Part shown: one piece after another, positions 1-18,820 of the stretch
Position numbering within the stretch: the stretch's first letter is position 1
How the letters are laid out: each line of letters begins with the position of its first letter
From: the human T2T-CHM13v2.0 reference genome, Homo sapiens
DNA: 64,000 bases
NCBI RefSeq assembly: GCF_009914755.1
Contig: NC_060931.1
Strand: one strand, 5' to 3'
Translations under genes and position numbers: made by a program
The notes under the pieces: model-generated
What the model saw: the letters and a program-made list of their open reading frames with translations, nothing else
Databases searched by the model: none
What the model was told of the DNA's origin: nothing

Positions 1-500
1 GCCCAATCCAGGCAGGACTACAAATAGCCCAGACCCTTCAGGAATGAAGGTTTGGGTCACTCCACCAGGAAAAAAACCATGACCTGCTGAGGTGCTTGCT
101 GAAAGCAAAGGGAATACAGAATGGTGGTAGAAGAAGGTAGTTGTCAATACCAGCTACGACCACGTGACCAGCTGCAGAAACGAGGACTGCAATTGTCATG
201 AATATTTCCTTCTTTTGTTAAAAACACGTTTATGCATGTATACACTTGTACTAAGAAAACATCTTCATTTTATTTCCTTTCTCCTTTATCATGGGACATA
301 AGATTTATTGACTTCACATCAGCATTTAAGTATGTTAACTTTATGTAATAGTATTTGGGTTGGGGATTGATGCGTTTCTGGTTGTACAAAGAATAGTCGT
401 ATTATGTTAGGAGTAATTATGACCTTATTATTGTCTTTACTTAAAGATTATGTATGATCTCAGGAGATTTGTATGGGTTCAAGTTGACAAGGGGTGGACT
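1..500 (+). mobile_element. ERV-L (HERV-L-type) internal 3' end with decayed pol C-terminus and polypurine tract
   Basis: Frame from base 2 reads PNPGRTTNSPDPSGMKVWVTPPGKKP*PAEVLAE; CAAGGGGTGGA abuts the LTR. Confidence 0.8.
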
Positions 501-850
501 TTTGATGGTTAATACTGAGTGTCAACTTGATTGGATTGGTAGATGTAAAGTATTGATCCTGGGTGTGTCTGTGAGGGTGTTGCCAAAGCCCACCCTTAAT
601 CTGGTGCATACCATCTAATCAGCTGCCAAAGCAACTAGAACATAAAGCAGGCAGAAAAACATGAAAAGACTAGACTTGCCTAGCCTCCCAGCCTACATCT
701 TTCTCCTGTGCTGGGTGCTTCCTGCCCTGGAACATCAGACTCCCAAGTTCTTCAGTTTTGGGACTTGGACTGGCTTTCCTTGCTCCTCAGCTTGCAGATG
801 GCCTATTGTGGAACCTTGTGATCATGTGAGTTAATACTTAATAAACTCTC

Positions 851-887
<37 letters not shown>

Positions 888-979
888 TGGATGCATGTAT
901 AGATATATATGTGTGTATATATATAATATATGTAGCTATCCTATTAGTTCTGTCCCTCTAGAGAACCCTGACTAATACA
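501..979 (+). mobile_element. MLT2A-type LTR (3' LTR of the ERV-L) with internal (TA)n
   Basis: Starts TGATGGTTAATACTGAGTGTCAACTTGATTGG, ends AGAACCCTGACTAATACA. Confidence 0.85.
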
Positions 980-1345
980 AATGCCCATTACGTATTTGTT
1001 GATAAGAGAATTAATTAATCCTCCAAGGTATGGGTGGGAGAAATAGGTTCCACAATGCATATGAATAGTCCACAACGTGGCTTTTGATCTATACATCTAT
1101 TAAAAAAACCCAGTTTTTATTTTATTATAACTTTTATTGCATCACAATGCAAGTATAAGCCATAAATCAATTTAGTCTGCTCAGTGAATATCTCTATATT
1201 TTACTAGTCTCAAGTGATAAGATAGCTTTTCTACTCATTTACTGACCATGATTGCCAAATACAAGACACTCCACTAATGACATAGATTTTTGTGTATTCT
1301 GAGAAATGAACTCTAACATGGTCATGAACTTATTTAGCCATTAAA

Positions 1346-1668
<323 letters not shown>

Positions 1669-2973
1669 TGAGTTTTAATATATATACAATTTAGTATTTA
1701 CAAGCCATTTTATTTATAAGTGTGCACTCTAGTTAATGACTTTTGTTAAGGCATTTGAAAAATACGTTGAAAATTGTTCTTTGGAGCTAAAAATAAGGCT
1801 GGAAGTTTAAGTTGTTCAAGTCAATTTCCAGTTACTCTGCTCTTTATTTTCTCTAGTAATCTGAGCAATTTGGCAACACCACTTTAGAGCTAACATGAAA
1901 AGACCTAGCTTTATAGAAGCATGGCATCCATTTGAGCCTAGTAATAATTTTTAATATGCCCCAAGGAGATGAATGTTTAATGGCAACCATTTCTATTTAA
2001 AAAAAAAAAAAAAGAATGATCATTCCTTGAGCAGAAAAGGAATCTATGAGTTTAGATATTGACTGTATTTTCTGTTGCTATACAATTATTCTGCATTAAA
2101 GAATTAAAAGGAAGATTAAAAACTCACAATAGACACATTCAATTACTTCACGTATAATTTCCAATTAAATAAGTTCTAACTAAACCAAATTAGTTGTTAG
2201 GCTTTTACCAAAAGTAATTTATGATCCAGGTGGTTTAAAAAGCGCTAGAGACTTGATTAAATTTAGCATTCTTATGTATATGCTCACTTTTGTTGTTTTG
2301 CTAATGATTCTCTGCAAAAACAGTTGCAAAGCTCAAAGTAACTTTTAAGTTGTATGGGGCTCTGTAGGCATCCAGTGAAAAGGTCTTTAATACAGCAGTA
2401 AGACAGAATTCCTCAAGAAGCAAATCCCCTGTTGCAGGTTCATTCAATCATATAAATGCATTTCAAAGCATCCTGAAATTGAGCCAGCCCATTATGTTTA
2501 CCAGCTAAAACTTTACAGCTTAACCCTTAAGTTACAACTGTAATATTTCCTTATATGTGAAGATGTTTTTCTTTTCTCTTCAAGATGACATTCAATAATC
2601 TGACAGTCCTGTTCATTGCAGCACCTTGAACACAAAAATAAGTCTGAATTGGCTGAAGATCAGGAAAAAAAACCCTTAAATTCAAACAAATGTTTTGGCA
2701 AGAACTTTCATAGTTTGTCGAATTTGTATTGCTATTCTGTCACTGTGGAGGGGATAACAGAATTGCTTAGGATCTATATCTATATCTATATCTAGATTTA
2801 GATATAGATATATATTATGTAGCATGGTGGACTTGAGTGGCATTTTTCCAGGTTCTTTCCCAACTAATTTGTAATATCACAAATGTCTATAAGGCTAGAT
2901 GGTAAAGATGTTTGCCTCCATTTATAAAATAATCATGGCACTCAGGTTATCTTTTTCTGCATAACAATCCTGA

Positions 2974-3375
<402 letters not shown>

Positions 3376-3517
3376 AGCATCTTCTGTTTCATATGGCATT
3401 GACTGAAGTCACTTAGTGGCATTCAGCTGGCAGATGGGCTGGTCTGGAGAATTCAAAATGGCTTCCCTTACATATCTGGTGCCTTGGTGGGAATGGCTAG
3501 AAGACTAGGCTCAAAAC

Positions 3518-3837
<320 letters not shown>

Positions 3838-4569
3838 CAGCTCAAAACAATTGACTGGAACAGTATCACAGGGCTTCCAGAGCATGGTGAGCTCAGGGTT
3901 GTCTGACTTCTTATATAGCAAATTGCTTTCCCAAGAATGAGTGTTGCAAGAGGCCCAGGCAGAAGCTGCAAGGCTTTTTATGAGCTAGGTTTGGGAGCCC
4001 TAGAACATCAAGCAAGTCACTAAGGCCAGTCCGGATTCAAGAGAAGGGAAGAATAGGTTCTGCCCTCTATCTCTTGATGGAGTAAGGCATGCTTAGCCAG
4101 GAAGAAAAGAAGTTGATGGTGATCATCTGCCATCACGATGGTACTACAAACATCACAACTAGGGACTGATGATAAGCAGTCTATCACCAAATGATTACTT
4201 TCCAAGAGAAAGTCGTCTTTAAAATGTTGCAATTTGCAGTAGCTGTGATCTTCAGTTTTGCATATCTAGGTCTGAAATATCTCCCAGTATTTTTTATTGC
4301 TATACTAAATTGTTCCAGCCAAGGATATCCAAGACCTATGTGATCAGGATTTTCCTGGGTTGGCCCTATTTTTTTTATCCCAGTGATAGTTTTGACCATC
4401 TGGCATGCAAAATTTTGTGGGATATTTAGGTAAACATACACATAGGTAAACACAATGTATTGCACATCAGAAGTTAACAGCAAATCATGCCAGTTTGAGC
4501 TAGGAAGTTATACAAGTCACCACTGGGACCTCATTTTCCTATATATAATGGGGGGTAGGCTGGGCTAAA

Positions 4570-4850
4570 ATATAAAAAAAATTATGAACGACTATATGCC
4601 AATAAATTTGACAACTTAGATGAAATGGATAGTCTTTGAAAAATATAACTTACCAAAACTAACACAAGATCAAAAAGAAATTCTGAATAATCTTTTTTCT
4701 ATTAAAGTAATTGCATTTGTTTTCAAAAACTTCTCCACAAAGAAAATTCTAAGCCTAAGTGATTTTCCTGATGAAGTCTACTAAACATTTAAGGAAGAAA
4801 AGGAGACAATTCATGGTCCAAACTGTCAATAATCTTCTAAATAAAGAAGG
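4570..4850 (+). mobile_element. L1 ORF2 fragment
   Basis: CTATATGCCAATAAATTTGACAACTTAGATGAAATGGAT resembles L1 ORF2 (LYANKxxNLxEMD). Confidence 0.7.
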
Positions 4851-4856
4851 ACATTG

Positions 4857-5562
<706 letters not shown>

Positions 5563-8500
5563 TAGATTCTCTGTAAATTCCACACTTGAAATGCAGTAAT
5601 GCAAGTTTAGAAGGAAGAGGCAATCAAAGGAAACTAGTAGAGATATTTTCAGAAAAAAAATAAATTATATTTAGTTTTATTTTTGTCTTATTTAGAAAGA
5701 TATAGATTGCTATAGTTTGTTGAATTTGAGGCTACCTTTTTAAAAATAGACACACTGCCAAGAATGACAAAAACAGTTGGATTGCTCCATAAAATGAATT
5801 GATATAAGATTTAAAAAGACCAGTAAATGAAGCATAGCATTATTAATATTACTATGTAGTGTTAAGAATGTCTATACTGTTTTTAAAGTGTAGTGAAAGT
5901 GACTTTTCATGTCTAATAGATTAGTATAGTTCCCAGAACAATTGTAAACCGCAAATTTTTGTTATTTTGAGGGAGTTGGCAGCAAAACATTCCACAGCAT
6001 TAAGATAGAATGGCAGCTTCTAAGTCTCAAGTGACAATTTGCTGTCAGTTCCATTGTGAAAAGCGTGACTAGTTCAAATATTTACAGACAATTTTAGGAA
6101 TAATATATCTGTGAAGATAGAGAATAAATTTAGGTAGAGCTTAAGCTTCATAGAATAAAATCCTAATCAAGAGATAAGTCATTCAAGATGAAGATAATTG
6201 TCTAGAAAAATATCTATTTAGAAAAATATCAAAGTCTTGACTTAAAAATTCAATTTAGAATTTAGATAATTCCAACATAAGGAAGATTTAGGAGTGGCTG
6301 ATAGATCACCTTTTGTACTGTTGGGTTATTACATTTTTGAGTTTCATTGATTTATTTGTTAATCATTCTATATATTGCAATTAAAAATAGGAGTCTTAGA
6401 GTCAATATTTTGTGACTTTCTGAGTGGGACCTCAAATAGAAAATAGTGATATGTGTATTTTTAACCATCTTAAATTTCTTTTCTCTCATTTAAGTCTTAT
6501 ATTTTCTAAATTTCCCATCTCCTTTGACATTCTAATTTCTATGGTTTTTCCTCTATTTGCTCTTAAAATGGATAGAGTTGAGATACACAGTAGGGCAAAA
6601 GAGCCAGCACAGAGTTAGCAACAGGTTTTGAGATTGAGTAATGTAAAGTTCCCATTAGGTTAACGATCTACAATATTTATTAAATAGTAAATAGATCTAA
6701 GCATTTACTAAATAGTACTTATTAAATAGCATTTATTAAATAGTAAATAGATCTAAGCATGATGCAGTTCACTTTATCAACCATCTGTCAATCAGATAAG
6801 GCCACAAGAGATAGCATATTATTATCATCCTGTTTTTCTGTAAAAATTTGAGGGCTTGCTAGGTGCCAAAAACAAGTTTTGGCCTCCACCTCTTAGGAAC
6901 TTGCAGAGCAGTCACAGAGACTGATACATAAAGAGGCAATTACACAGCAAAGTGTGATTTAGTTATAATAATGAATAGAATGTGTTCAGACAGGCATAAA
7001 CAACCAGTTGGTGTGTACACCTGGAACAGGTGATATTTGAACTGGTTCTTCAGTGATACATAGGACCCTTACCCACACCGCTGCCCCTGAAAAGTTCTGG
7101 TTTCAGTTTTGCTCCAGATTAACAACAACAACAAAAATAGGAAGAGGAATCGTAAGGGGACGAGGAGGAAGAAGAGAAGGAGAAGGAGGAATTTGTGGGA
7201 TCATTTTATCTAAGTTTGGAAGCAAGTTTTCCCATATCAAGAATTATTGTTTAAAACCAGGGTGCTCCATTCTCTATTCTTAATAGTGCTGTCGCCTCAC
7301 TTAGTATTTTGCTATTGCTAAGGAATGAGCAGTTTACCTTTGCATGACTTGAGCTGATGTTGTTGTCTATTTTTTATTAAAAAGCTTTGTTTACAGTACT
7401 CTTCAGAAATACATTACTGTGATGATACCTAGTAATGTGCTTCTACCTCCTCACTAAATTATATTACCAATGCAAACCAGATGTTTCAGTCTCGCTTGCA
7501 TTGGTAATAAAATAAATCGGAGCTGGATCCCAGCTCTATGCCCCTCCTATATTAAGGAACATTGTTTTCCCTTTGTGTTTTATCATTTCCCAAATTAAGG
7601 AAACTATCCAGGTGGACTGGAAGTTGATATGCTGAAGGGTGTTTCAAAGCACCAAGTTTTAACAAGGCAAAACAAATGCTTCTTGAGCATATTATTTAAT
7701 GTTCCAAAAAAGGAATAGACATTTCTTATTTAATGACATTCTGGGAATTGTTTGAACAATTTGTATAGTGTCCGTCATCTGTCACTCTCTACTCCCTCAA
7801 AAATTCTTTCTCATCTTTTAATACCACACTGATGAACGGATTAACTTATTTTTCATCCGTGGTTCAGGTACATTCTAGTCTCATGCCAGTGAATTCATTT
7901 TCATTTAGACTAACCAAGGTAGCAAGCTCAATGAAATTAACCTCATTTCACATTTATAATATTCTAGTTCATTGTGCATATTTAAACACCACACATCTTT
8001 ATTAATGGAAAACATGAACCATGCACTGAATAAAACTAAAGATTAGGTTCTCTCTGAAATTAGCTCCTACTCCATTGCTTCTCATTTTGAATTATATTTC
8101 TGTAACCAAAAGCAAGACTTGAACTTACATATTATTTTCCAGCGATCCAAAAGAATACTTACTTAATCCCTAAATTTATTTTCTGATATTCTATATAGTA
8201 ATTTGAACATTAAAAGTTATTTTCCCTAAAATTATGAGGCAGTATTCGTCTAAGATTTGTAAGAATTCTGTGTACAGTTTATCAAGCCTGCTTTTAGATA
8301 TGGGACACTTTTTCTTTTAGTCCTAGTTCTATTCCTGATTAATTAAAATCACATAGTTGAGCTGTTGTTTGTGTATTAACCTGTCTAGAATAATCGATTT
8401 TCCATTTCTATGTTTCAGGGTTTTTAGATGATAAAATACGTAAAGAGCTTTTGTTTCTCTAAAGAATGGCACAAGGTAAGATGTAAGCTATTATTGCCCT

Positions 8501-9136
8501 GAGCAGTGGTGTTTAAATTTTGAGGGGTAATTTATCCCTTTCTTAATCTTAATAGAAATTGTGAAAAATGCCTATGCACATGAAATTTTGCATTAAATTT
8601 TAGAGGATCCAATGAGCCTCCTAAAAGCCTCCCATGGTCCAGTCCCCAACCCTGGAGGGAATGCTACTGCACCTTTTCTAGGTACTGGTTATAACATGCC
8701 AGGAGAGATTTAAAGTAGCATTATTTACACTACAATTCAAGTTAATAATTTAACAGGACCTGCCTGAATAATGGGACAATAATATACTCATGGAGCTGCA
8801 AATTGGTTAATTTATATGCTGACTGTCTCAATGTGGAGCCAGAATTAGACCCAGCAAAACAGCTCTTGAAATATGGCTTAGTAGGTGCTATTGTTCACCT
8901 GAAAAATATTTATGGAGCTCTGACTTTGTACTAGGAATTGTGCTAGACAATGAAGCTAAAAAGCTCATAAAAAGCTTATACTTTGGGGATAAAAAAACAA
9001 GTAAAGAAGCAATAATGACACTGGATGATAGAAATGATAATAGGATTAAGTAAAAGGAGCTAACAGACTAAATATGAAGGTTATCTGGAAGGGCAAATGA
9101 AGGCTTTCTAGATAAAATAACGAATAGGTCAGCCCT

Positions 9137-9499
9137 TGTATTAGTCTGTTCTCATGCTGCTAGTACAGACATAATCCAAGACTGGCTAATTTATAAAGGA
9201 AAGAGGTTTAATTGACTCACAGTTCCACATGGCTGGGGAGGCCTCACAATCATGACTGAAGGCAAATGAGGAGCAAAGTCATGTCTTACAAGGCAGCAGG
9301 CAAGAGAGCTTGTGTAGGGGAACTCCCCTTTATAAAGCCATCAGATCTCATGAGACTTATTCACTATCATGAGAACAGCGCAGAAAAGACCTCCCCCATG
9401 ATTCAATTACCTCCCACTGGTCCCACCCAGGACACATGGGAATTATGGGAGCTACAATTTAAGATGAGATTTGGGTGGGGACACAGCCAAACCATATCA
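9137..9499 (-). mobile_element. THE1 solo LTR (ERVL-MaLR), TSD GCCCT/GTCCT
   Basis: TGTATTAGTC...CCAAACCATATCA termini; 5-bp TSD with 1 mismatch. Confidence 0.9.
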
Positions 9500-9645
9500 G
9501 TCCTGAAGGATGAATAGGAGTGAGCCCATAGCTCTTACACATATTCTTAAAAACCCAGTGTTCTACAAGCCTTATTGCAAACAAAACAAAACAAAAGCCT
9601 GCAGTCCTAGTTCATTTTCTGCTCTCCAGAGTCAACCGCTTCTAA

Positions 9646-10029
<384 letters not shown>

Positions 10030-11140
10030 TATATTTTTAAAGTTTTGGATTTAGGCACTGTCTTTTTGACACTCCACTATGGTAGATGAGGATTTGCTCT
10101 GTTTAATTACCTTGTCATTCTACCCCTTGCTTCTGACCCAACCACAAACATGAGCATACACACACACCCTTCTATGTTACCTTCTATCTTCCCAATATAC
10201 ATTGTGTAAGTGGTTATATTGTATTTACATTATTTTGACCATGTAAATGCAGTTATGTATGAAGAAATGACAGTTTGATCTTCCATGCACATTTCATGTC
10301 AATATTAGTCTGGATTCTTTGCATAGTTTTCTCTGTGCTTTATCATTAATTTAACCCTAAATTCTACCCCAGATGAGTGAGTTTCCTCTCCAGATATTCA
10401 ACACATTAGTTAATCTAATGATTTCCATCTTTGAAGAACTTTATGTTTCTTTTGAAGAACTCGATGTTTCTGAGCCTCCAGACCTATTGTTGTCATTTGG
10501 ACTGGTGGCTCTCTAGTAACGTTGTATTGGGGCCCTTCCTTCACCACCAGCTTGGAATTCCTTTTGCTTCTTTCTTGATTTGAATTTCCTTTTTTCCTAT
10601 TTTCATCTCTAGATCAATTGAATAATAAACTATCATCTAGGCAATCATTCCAGAAGATAAACAGTTTTTTTATTTTCTTTTATGGCCTTATTTCCCTAGA
10701 ATACATTTTCCAACAGCTTCCTTAGAAAGGGTCCAGAGGAGGCAATTTTTTGAGACCTTGGATATACAGAATCAATTCTATGTTTTTCCTTCAGAATTTT
10801 CAGATTATTAATCTTTCTTTTTACTTTTTGCTTCCAGTGTAGCTAAGAAGTTTGGAGCTACTCTATTCTTGACCCTTTGTGTCTTTTTTTCTTCTTGCTG
10901 AAGGTCTGTAAAATCTTCTGTTTATATTTATAGCTCTGACTTTAAAAAATAATGTGCCTTGGTAAGTACCTGTTTTTGCCCATTGTTCTCAGGACATAAT
11001 GGGTCATTCCATCTGGAAATACATGTTCAGGTCCAGAAAAGTTACTTGCATTATTTCTGTTACTATTTTCTTTGCTCCATTTTTTTTTTCTATTACAATT
11101 CTCTAAAATGCCCATTATGTGGATATTGAGTCTCCTGGAT

Positions 11141-11516
11141 CTATTGGATTTCTAGGACTAACGTAACAAAATAGGACAGCCTGTGTGGCTTAAACAACAG
11201 AAATTTATTTTCACAGTTCTGAGATCAAGGTATCAGTAAGTTTGGTTTCTCCTAAGGTCTCTCTCCCTGTATTACAGATGGCTACTTTCTTCTGTGTCCT
11301 CACATGGTCTTTCTAGGATGCCCTTGCATCCCTCATGTCTCTTTGTATGTCCGAATTTTCTCTTCTAATAAGGACCTAAGTTGGATAGCAATAAGGCTCA
11401 CCCTAATGGCCTCATTTTAACCTAATCTCTTTAAAGGCCCTGTCTCCAAATACAGTCACATCCTGAGGTACTGGGCTTTACGGCTTCAACACATGAATTT
11501 TCAGGGGACACAATTC
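11141..11516 (-). mobile_element. MLT1-type LTR
   Basis: GGCTTAAACAACAGAAATTTATT...CAAATACAGTCACATCCTGAGGTACTGGG motifs. Confidence 0.75.
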
Positions 11517-11821
11517 TTATTTGGGTCTCTTCCTTTCTATCTTTTGGCTTTTTTTGTTCTACTTTTTGGGAGATTCCTTCAACTTTAATCTTCTAACTCT
11601 CCTATTAACTTTTCATTTATAACATTTTAAATTACTAGAGCTCTTTACGTTTTTATAATATTCCTTTTCTAAAAGGTATCATGTTTTTGTTTTCAGAAAT
11701 GCAATATAGCCTTTGCTCAGAAAGAACATGAACTATAGTTGGGTTCTTTCCCCTATGTTTTCTTATGACTACATAATCTGTTTTCGCTAAGTTGCTGTTT
11801 TTTACTTATTTATTTGGGCCA

Positions 11822-12186
11822 TGCTATGGTCTGAATGTGTCTCCCAAAATGCATGTGTTGGAAACTTCATCCCCAGTGCAACAGTGTTGGGAGGTGGGGC
11901 TTTTTGGAAGGTGCTTAGGTCATGAGAGCTCTGCCATCATGAATGAATGAATGTCACTATATAAGGGGCTTGCAAGAATGTGTTCCCTCTCTTTCACTCT
12001 TCTGCCATATGAGGACACAATGTTCATCCTCTCTCACTCTTCTTCCATATAAGGATGTGGCAAGAAGGCCCTCATCAAATGCTGGCGCCTTAATTTTGGA
12101 CTTTTCAGCCTTCAGAGAAATGTTTTTCTTTGTAAATTACCCAGCGTCAGGCATTCTGTTATAGCAGTAGAAAATAGACTAAGACG
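11822..12186 (+). mobile_element. MST-type solo LTR
   Basis: TGCTATGGTCTGAATGT...AATAGACTAAGAC termini. Confidence 0.8.
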
Positions 12187-12309
12187 TCCACATCTTTATT
12201 ATTAACTGCTCTTCTCAATTGTCTGTTGACTATCAGTGGACAGAACATTTAAAAGCTGGTGAAAAACTCTGTACCTATGGATGAGTCTTGCCCTGAGTTT
12301 CACTGTACA

Positions 12310-12489
12310 GCAATGATTCTCAACTTTTGCTGTTCATTAGAATCACCTGGAAAACATTAAAAAATATAGATGCTCAGGCTTTAAACCAGACCAATTGAAT
12401 GAGATTCTCTGAGAGTGGAGCCCAGGCCAGGAAAAGTTTCTAAAACTTCCCACGTGATTTTAATGCACAGTGAGTGTTGAGAATCACTG
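12310..12489. mobile_element. MER5A-type hAT MITE
   Basis: Terminal inverted repeats CAATGATTCTCAAC / GTTGAGAATCACTG; internal ATTAGAATCACCTGG. Confidence 0.8.
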
Positions 12490-13115
12490 TTGCAGAGTGG
12501 CTTAGCTGGACCCAGTTGGAGTCCCCTACCCGATGTTAAATATTTTTGTTCTTTTTTCTTGGGGCTTGTCAAATTCTCCAGAGAATACACCTTCAGTCTT
12601 ATGCCTGGAGGGTATACACTTGGTTGCTAGAGATCTGGGAACTGAAACTGAGTATGTGATAGAGGCTAGGTGGGGTGGGGGTTGGAGCTCACCATTCAGT
12701 ATATACACTTTCACTTAACCTCTGTTTTCAGTATAATGCCCCTGCCCAGCTAGAGACCCTCTGTTTTAACCTCTTTAGAGAATAAACTTCCAATCTTTTG
12801 CCAGGTAAGGAGCGAAACAGCTACCAAACTGTGTAGGGTGACTACCGCTTCTTAATAAACTTTAACCAATCCTCTTTTTTTTTACATGCCTTAAGCACCC
12901 CACACTCCCCAATTCCAGAGGTATCTGTTGATTTCAATTACTAAGGCTTTTGGGTTCTGTAATAATAACTGGGTTTACTTGTTGGCTTTCCTTCATGTTG
13001 ACAGGAATCTCTGGACCACAAAGACAGCTACTACTCATACATCTACTTTCCAGCTTCCAAAATGTTGTTGTGTTTGCTTCCTCTTTCACTTTGCCCTCGT
13101 GGGTTTTACCTTTTA

Positions 13116-13538
<423 letters not shown>

Positions 13539-13821
13539 TTATTATATTCTAGCTTGTACATAGATTTCTGTATTTCAGAAGAGTTGGTGAAGAATGAAAA
13601 ACTAGCAGTGGCATAAAAAATAGAACTAGTAGAAATAAATGAAGAGGCATTCCCATCAGGAATGGAGCCACTAATTTTCTAAGGCTCTGTTTCTTAAAAT
13701 GTGGTCCAAGAATCACACACAATAGTATTACCTGACACTTAGTAAAATGCAGCAACATTTTTTCCTAGGTCTACTAAATTACAATGTCTTCAGTTGAGGC
13801 CCTCGATGCTGCTCTCTTAAA

Positions 13822-13952
13822 TTTTTTTTTTTTAATAGACAGGGTCTCGCTATGTTGCCCAGGCTGGTCTCAAACTCCTGGCCTCAAGTGATCCTCTTGC
13901 CTTGGCCTCCCAAAGTGCTGGCATTACAGGCACTGAGCCAGTGTACCTGGCT
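13822..13952 (-). mobile_element. Alu monomer (FLAM-like), TSD GATGCTGCTCT
   Basis: Single Alu arm with T-tail and flanking direct repeat. Confidence 0.85.
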
Positions 13953-14544
13953 GATGCTGCTCTTACTAACTCTGTCCTACAGCTCTGTCTCTAGTTCTTA
14001 ACTTAGCTGAAGGCCCTCCATAAACCAGCATAACCGTAATTGCACTTCTAGTGCTCCCAACTATATTTTGCCTAATTCTGTCCAGGAACCTTTATTTGTA
14101 CTTACTCTTTGGAACTCCACTTCTCCTTCCATGGATTTGAAATTTTGAACCTTTGTTTCCTGTGATTGAATTGTGACTGAATTGTAAGAACTTCAGTTTC
14201 CTTTTGCCCATACCAAAAACATAGGTCCCAGTTCCTGAAAACTCAGTCAAGAATAAAATCCAGGGGTGCTGCTCTCAGACATAGGGTAATTTGACAGAGG
14301 TAAGCTCCTGCTCGTAGTAGTGGCAGAGAACCTTGCTGAGGATTGCCAGAAGCTTCTGCCCTAAAAACAAGAGGGCATATTTCCCAATGGCAGCTCCATA
14401 CTCTTCCTAGCCCTGCAGAATTCCTGTTGTCCATCAACCTCTAACTGCCCTTTCTCTGGTTGCCACTGAGTGACCATGAAATAGAAATACTCATGTGATT
14501 GATGGCAAAGAGACTTAGAATTTGCAGACTTTTCAACCATGACA

Positions 14545-14870
14545 TATACTATATTTTGAATGTGTCCTTCAAAGAGCATGTATTGGAAACAATCCCCAAT
14601 AAGGGCAGAATGAATGGATTAGTGATGTTATTTCAAGAGTAGATTCATTATAAAAGGGTGAGTTTGGCCCCCTAACTTTCCCTCTCTTTGCCATTCTGCC
14701 ATAGAATGAGGCAGCAAGAAAGTCCTATCAGATGCCAGTGCCTTCATCTTGGACTTTCTAGCCTCTAGAACTGTGAAAACAAAAAACAAAAAACAAAAAA
14801 CTTTCTATTCTTTATAAATTACCCAGTCTCAGGTATTTTGTTACAGCAGCATAAATTGGATGAAAACAAC
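14545..14870 (+). mobile_element. MST-type LTR (degenerate)
   Basis: ATCTTGGACTTTCTAGCCTCTAGAACTGTGA...TAAATTACCCAGTCTCAGGTATT motifs. Confidence 0.7.
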
Positions 14871-15761
14871 ATGTGATGTGTATTTACAGTGATCTTTATA
14901 TGCTTTTCTCTTAATAAAATATTGGGAAGTAATGCATGCAAAAAGGATAGAAAGTCTTCATTGATTAGAGTAGATTTTTCAAGATGAGCTGCATTGAGAG
15001 TGATGTGGGTAAGATAGGAGACACCAAGATAAAGGGTGGAAGCCCTGACGTAACTGACAGATTAGAGAGTTTAAACTTAGTGCAGACTCATTTTAGGCAA
15101 TTCCAGGTCAACCTCTAGCTAGAGAAATTAGATTAAAAATACTGTCAAAAATATCATGGAAATTAATAACACTTTAATATGTTAAGTTTTTTACATTACT
15201 AGTATCCAGAGAGGAAAGAAATGACTATGGTAAGCAATTTCAGTGCTATATTATATATAGATCTTCAAGTAGCCTCATTTACCTGCATCATCCATCCATC
15301 CATCTAGTCTATTTCTCTGAAGTGTACTGTCACTTTTTCATTTGTGACTCAGAGAAATCATCTTTTCCTCTTTATTTTCATACCTAACTTCCTTATTCTT
15401 CACTACTGTAGTCTGTTTCTGGTGTATGTCCCCCTTCTCAACACCTTCCTTTTACGTTTTAGCTGTATCTATCAAAACAAAGAGAAATAGAGAGATTTTA
15501 AAAACAATAAATTGTACTGAATATTCCAGATTTCAAACATGATCAAAATCCATTTTGTGTTTAGTTTAGCCATAAATTTTCCAGGCCTTATTTACACCTC
15601 TAATCCACAGATAGTCATTAATCACTTAAAAATTTTCATTATAGAGCCTATTTGATTGTTGTTATATATAATACTGGCTTTTGCACTGTTAAAATATACC
15701 TACCTAGGTTAGAGAGCCAATATGCTAATTAGTGACCATTAAAAATGGTCAAACCCATTGA

Positions 15762-16130
<369 letters not shown>

Positions 16131-16136
16131 TAATGT

Positions 16137-18820
<2,684 letters not shown>

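Larger units (their letters stand above)
10060..13110 (-). mobile_element. Old L1M-type fragments hosting nested LTR/MER insertions
   Basis: T-rich degenerate L1-like sequence; boundaries approximate. Confidence 0.45.

Noticed and set aside
2781-2812. 14-bp-stem hairpin TATATCTATATCTA-GATT-TAGATATAGATATA
   Set aside because: Low-complexity (TATATC)n repeat switching strand; expected for such repeats
7418-7520. C/D-box snoRNA starting at GTGATGA
   Set aside because: No CTGA D box at a suitable distance with a terminal stem
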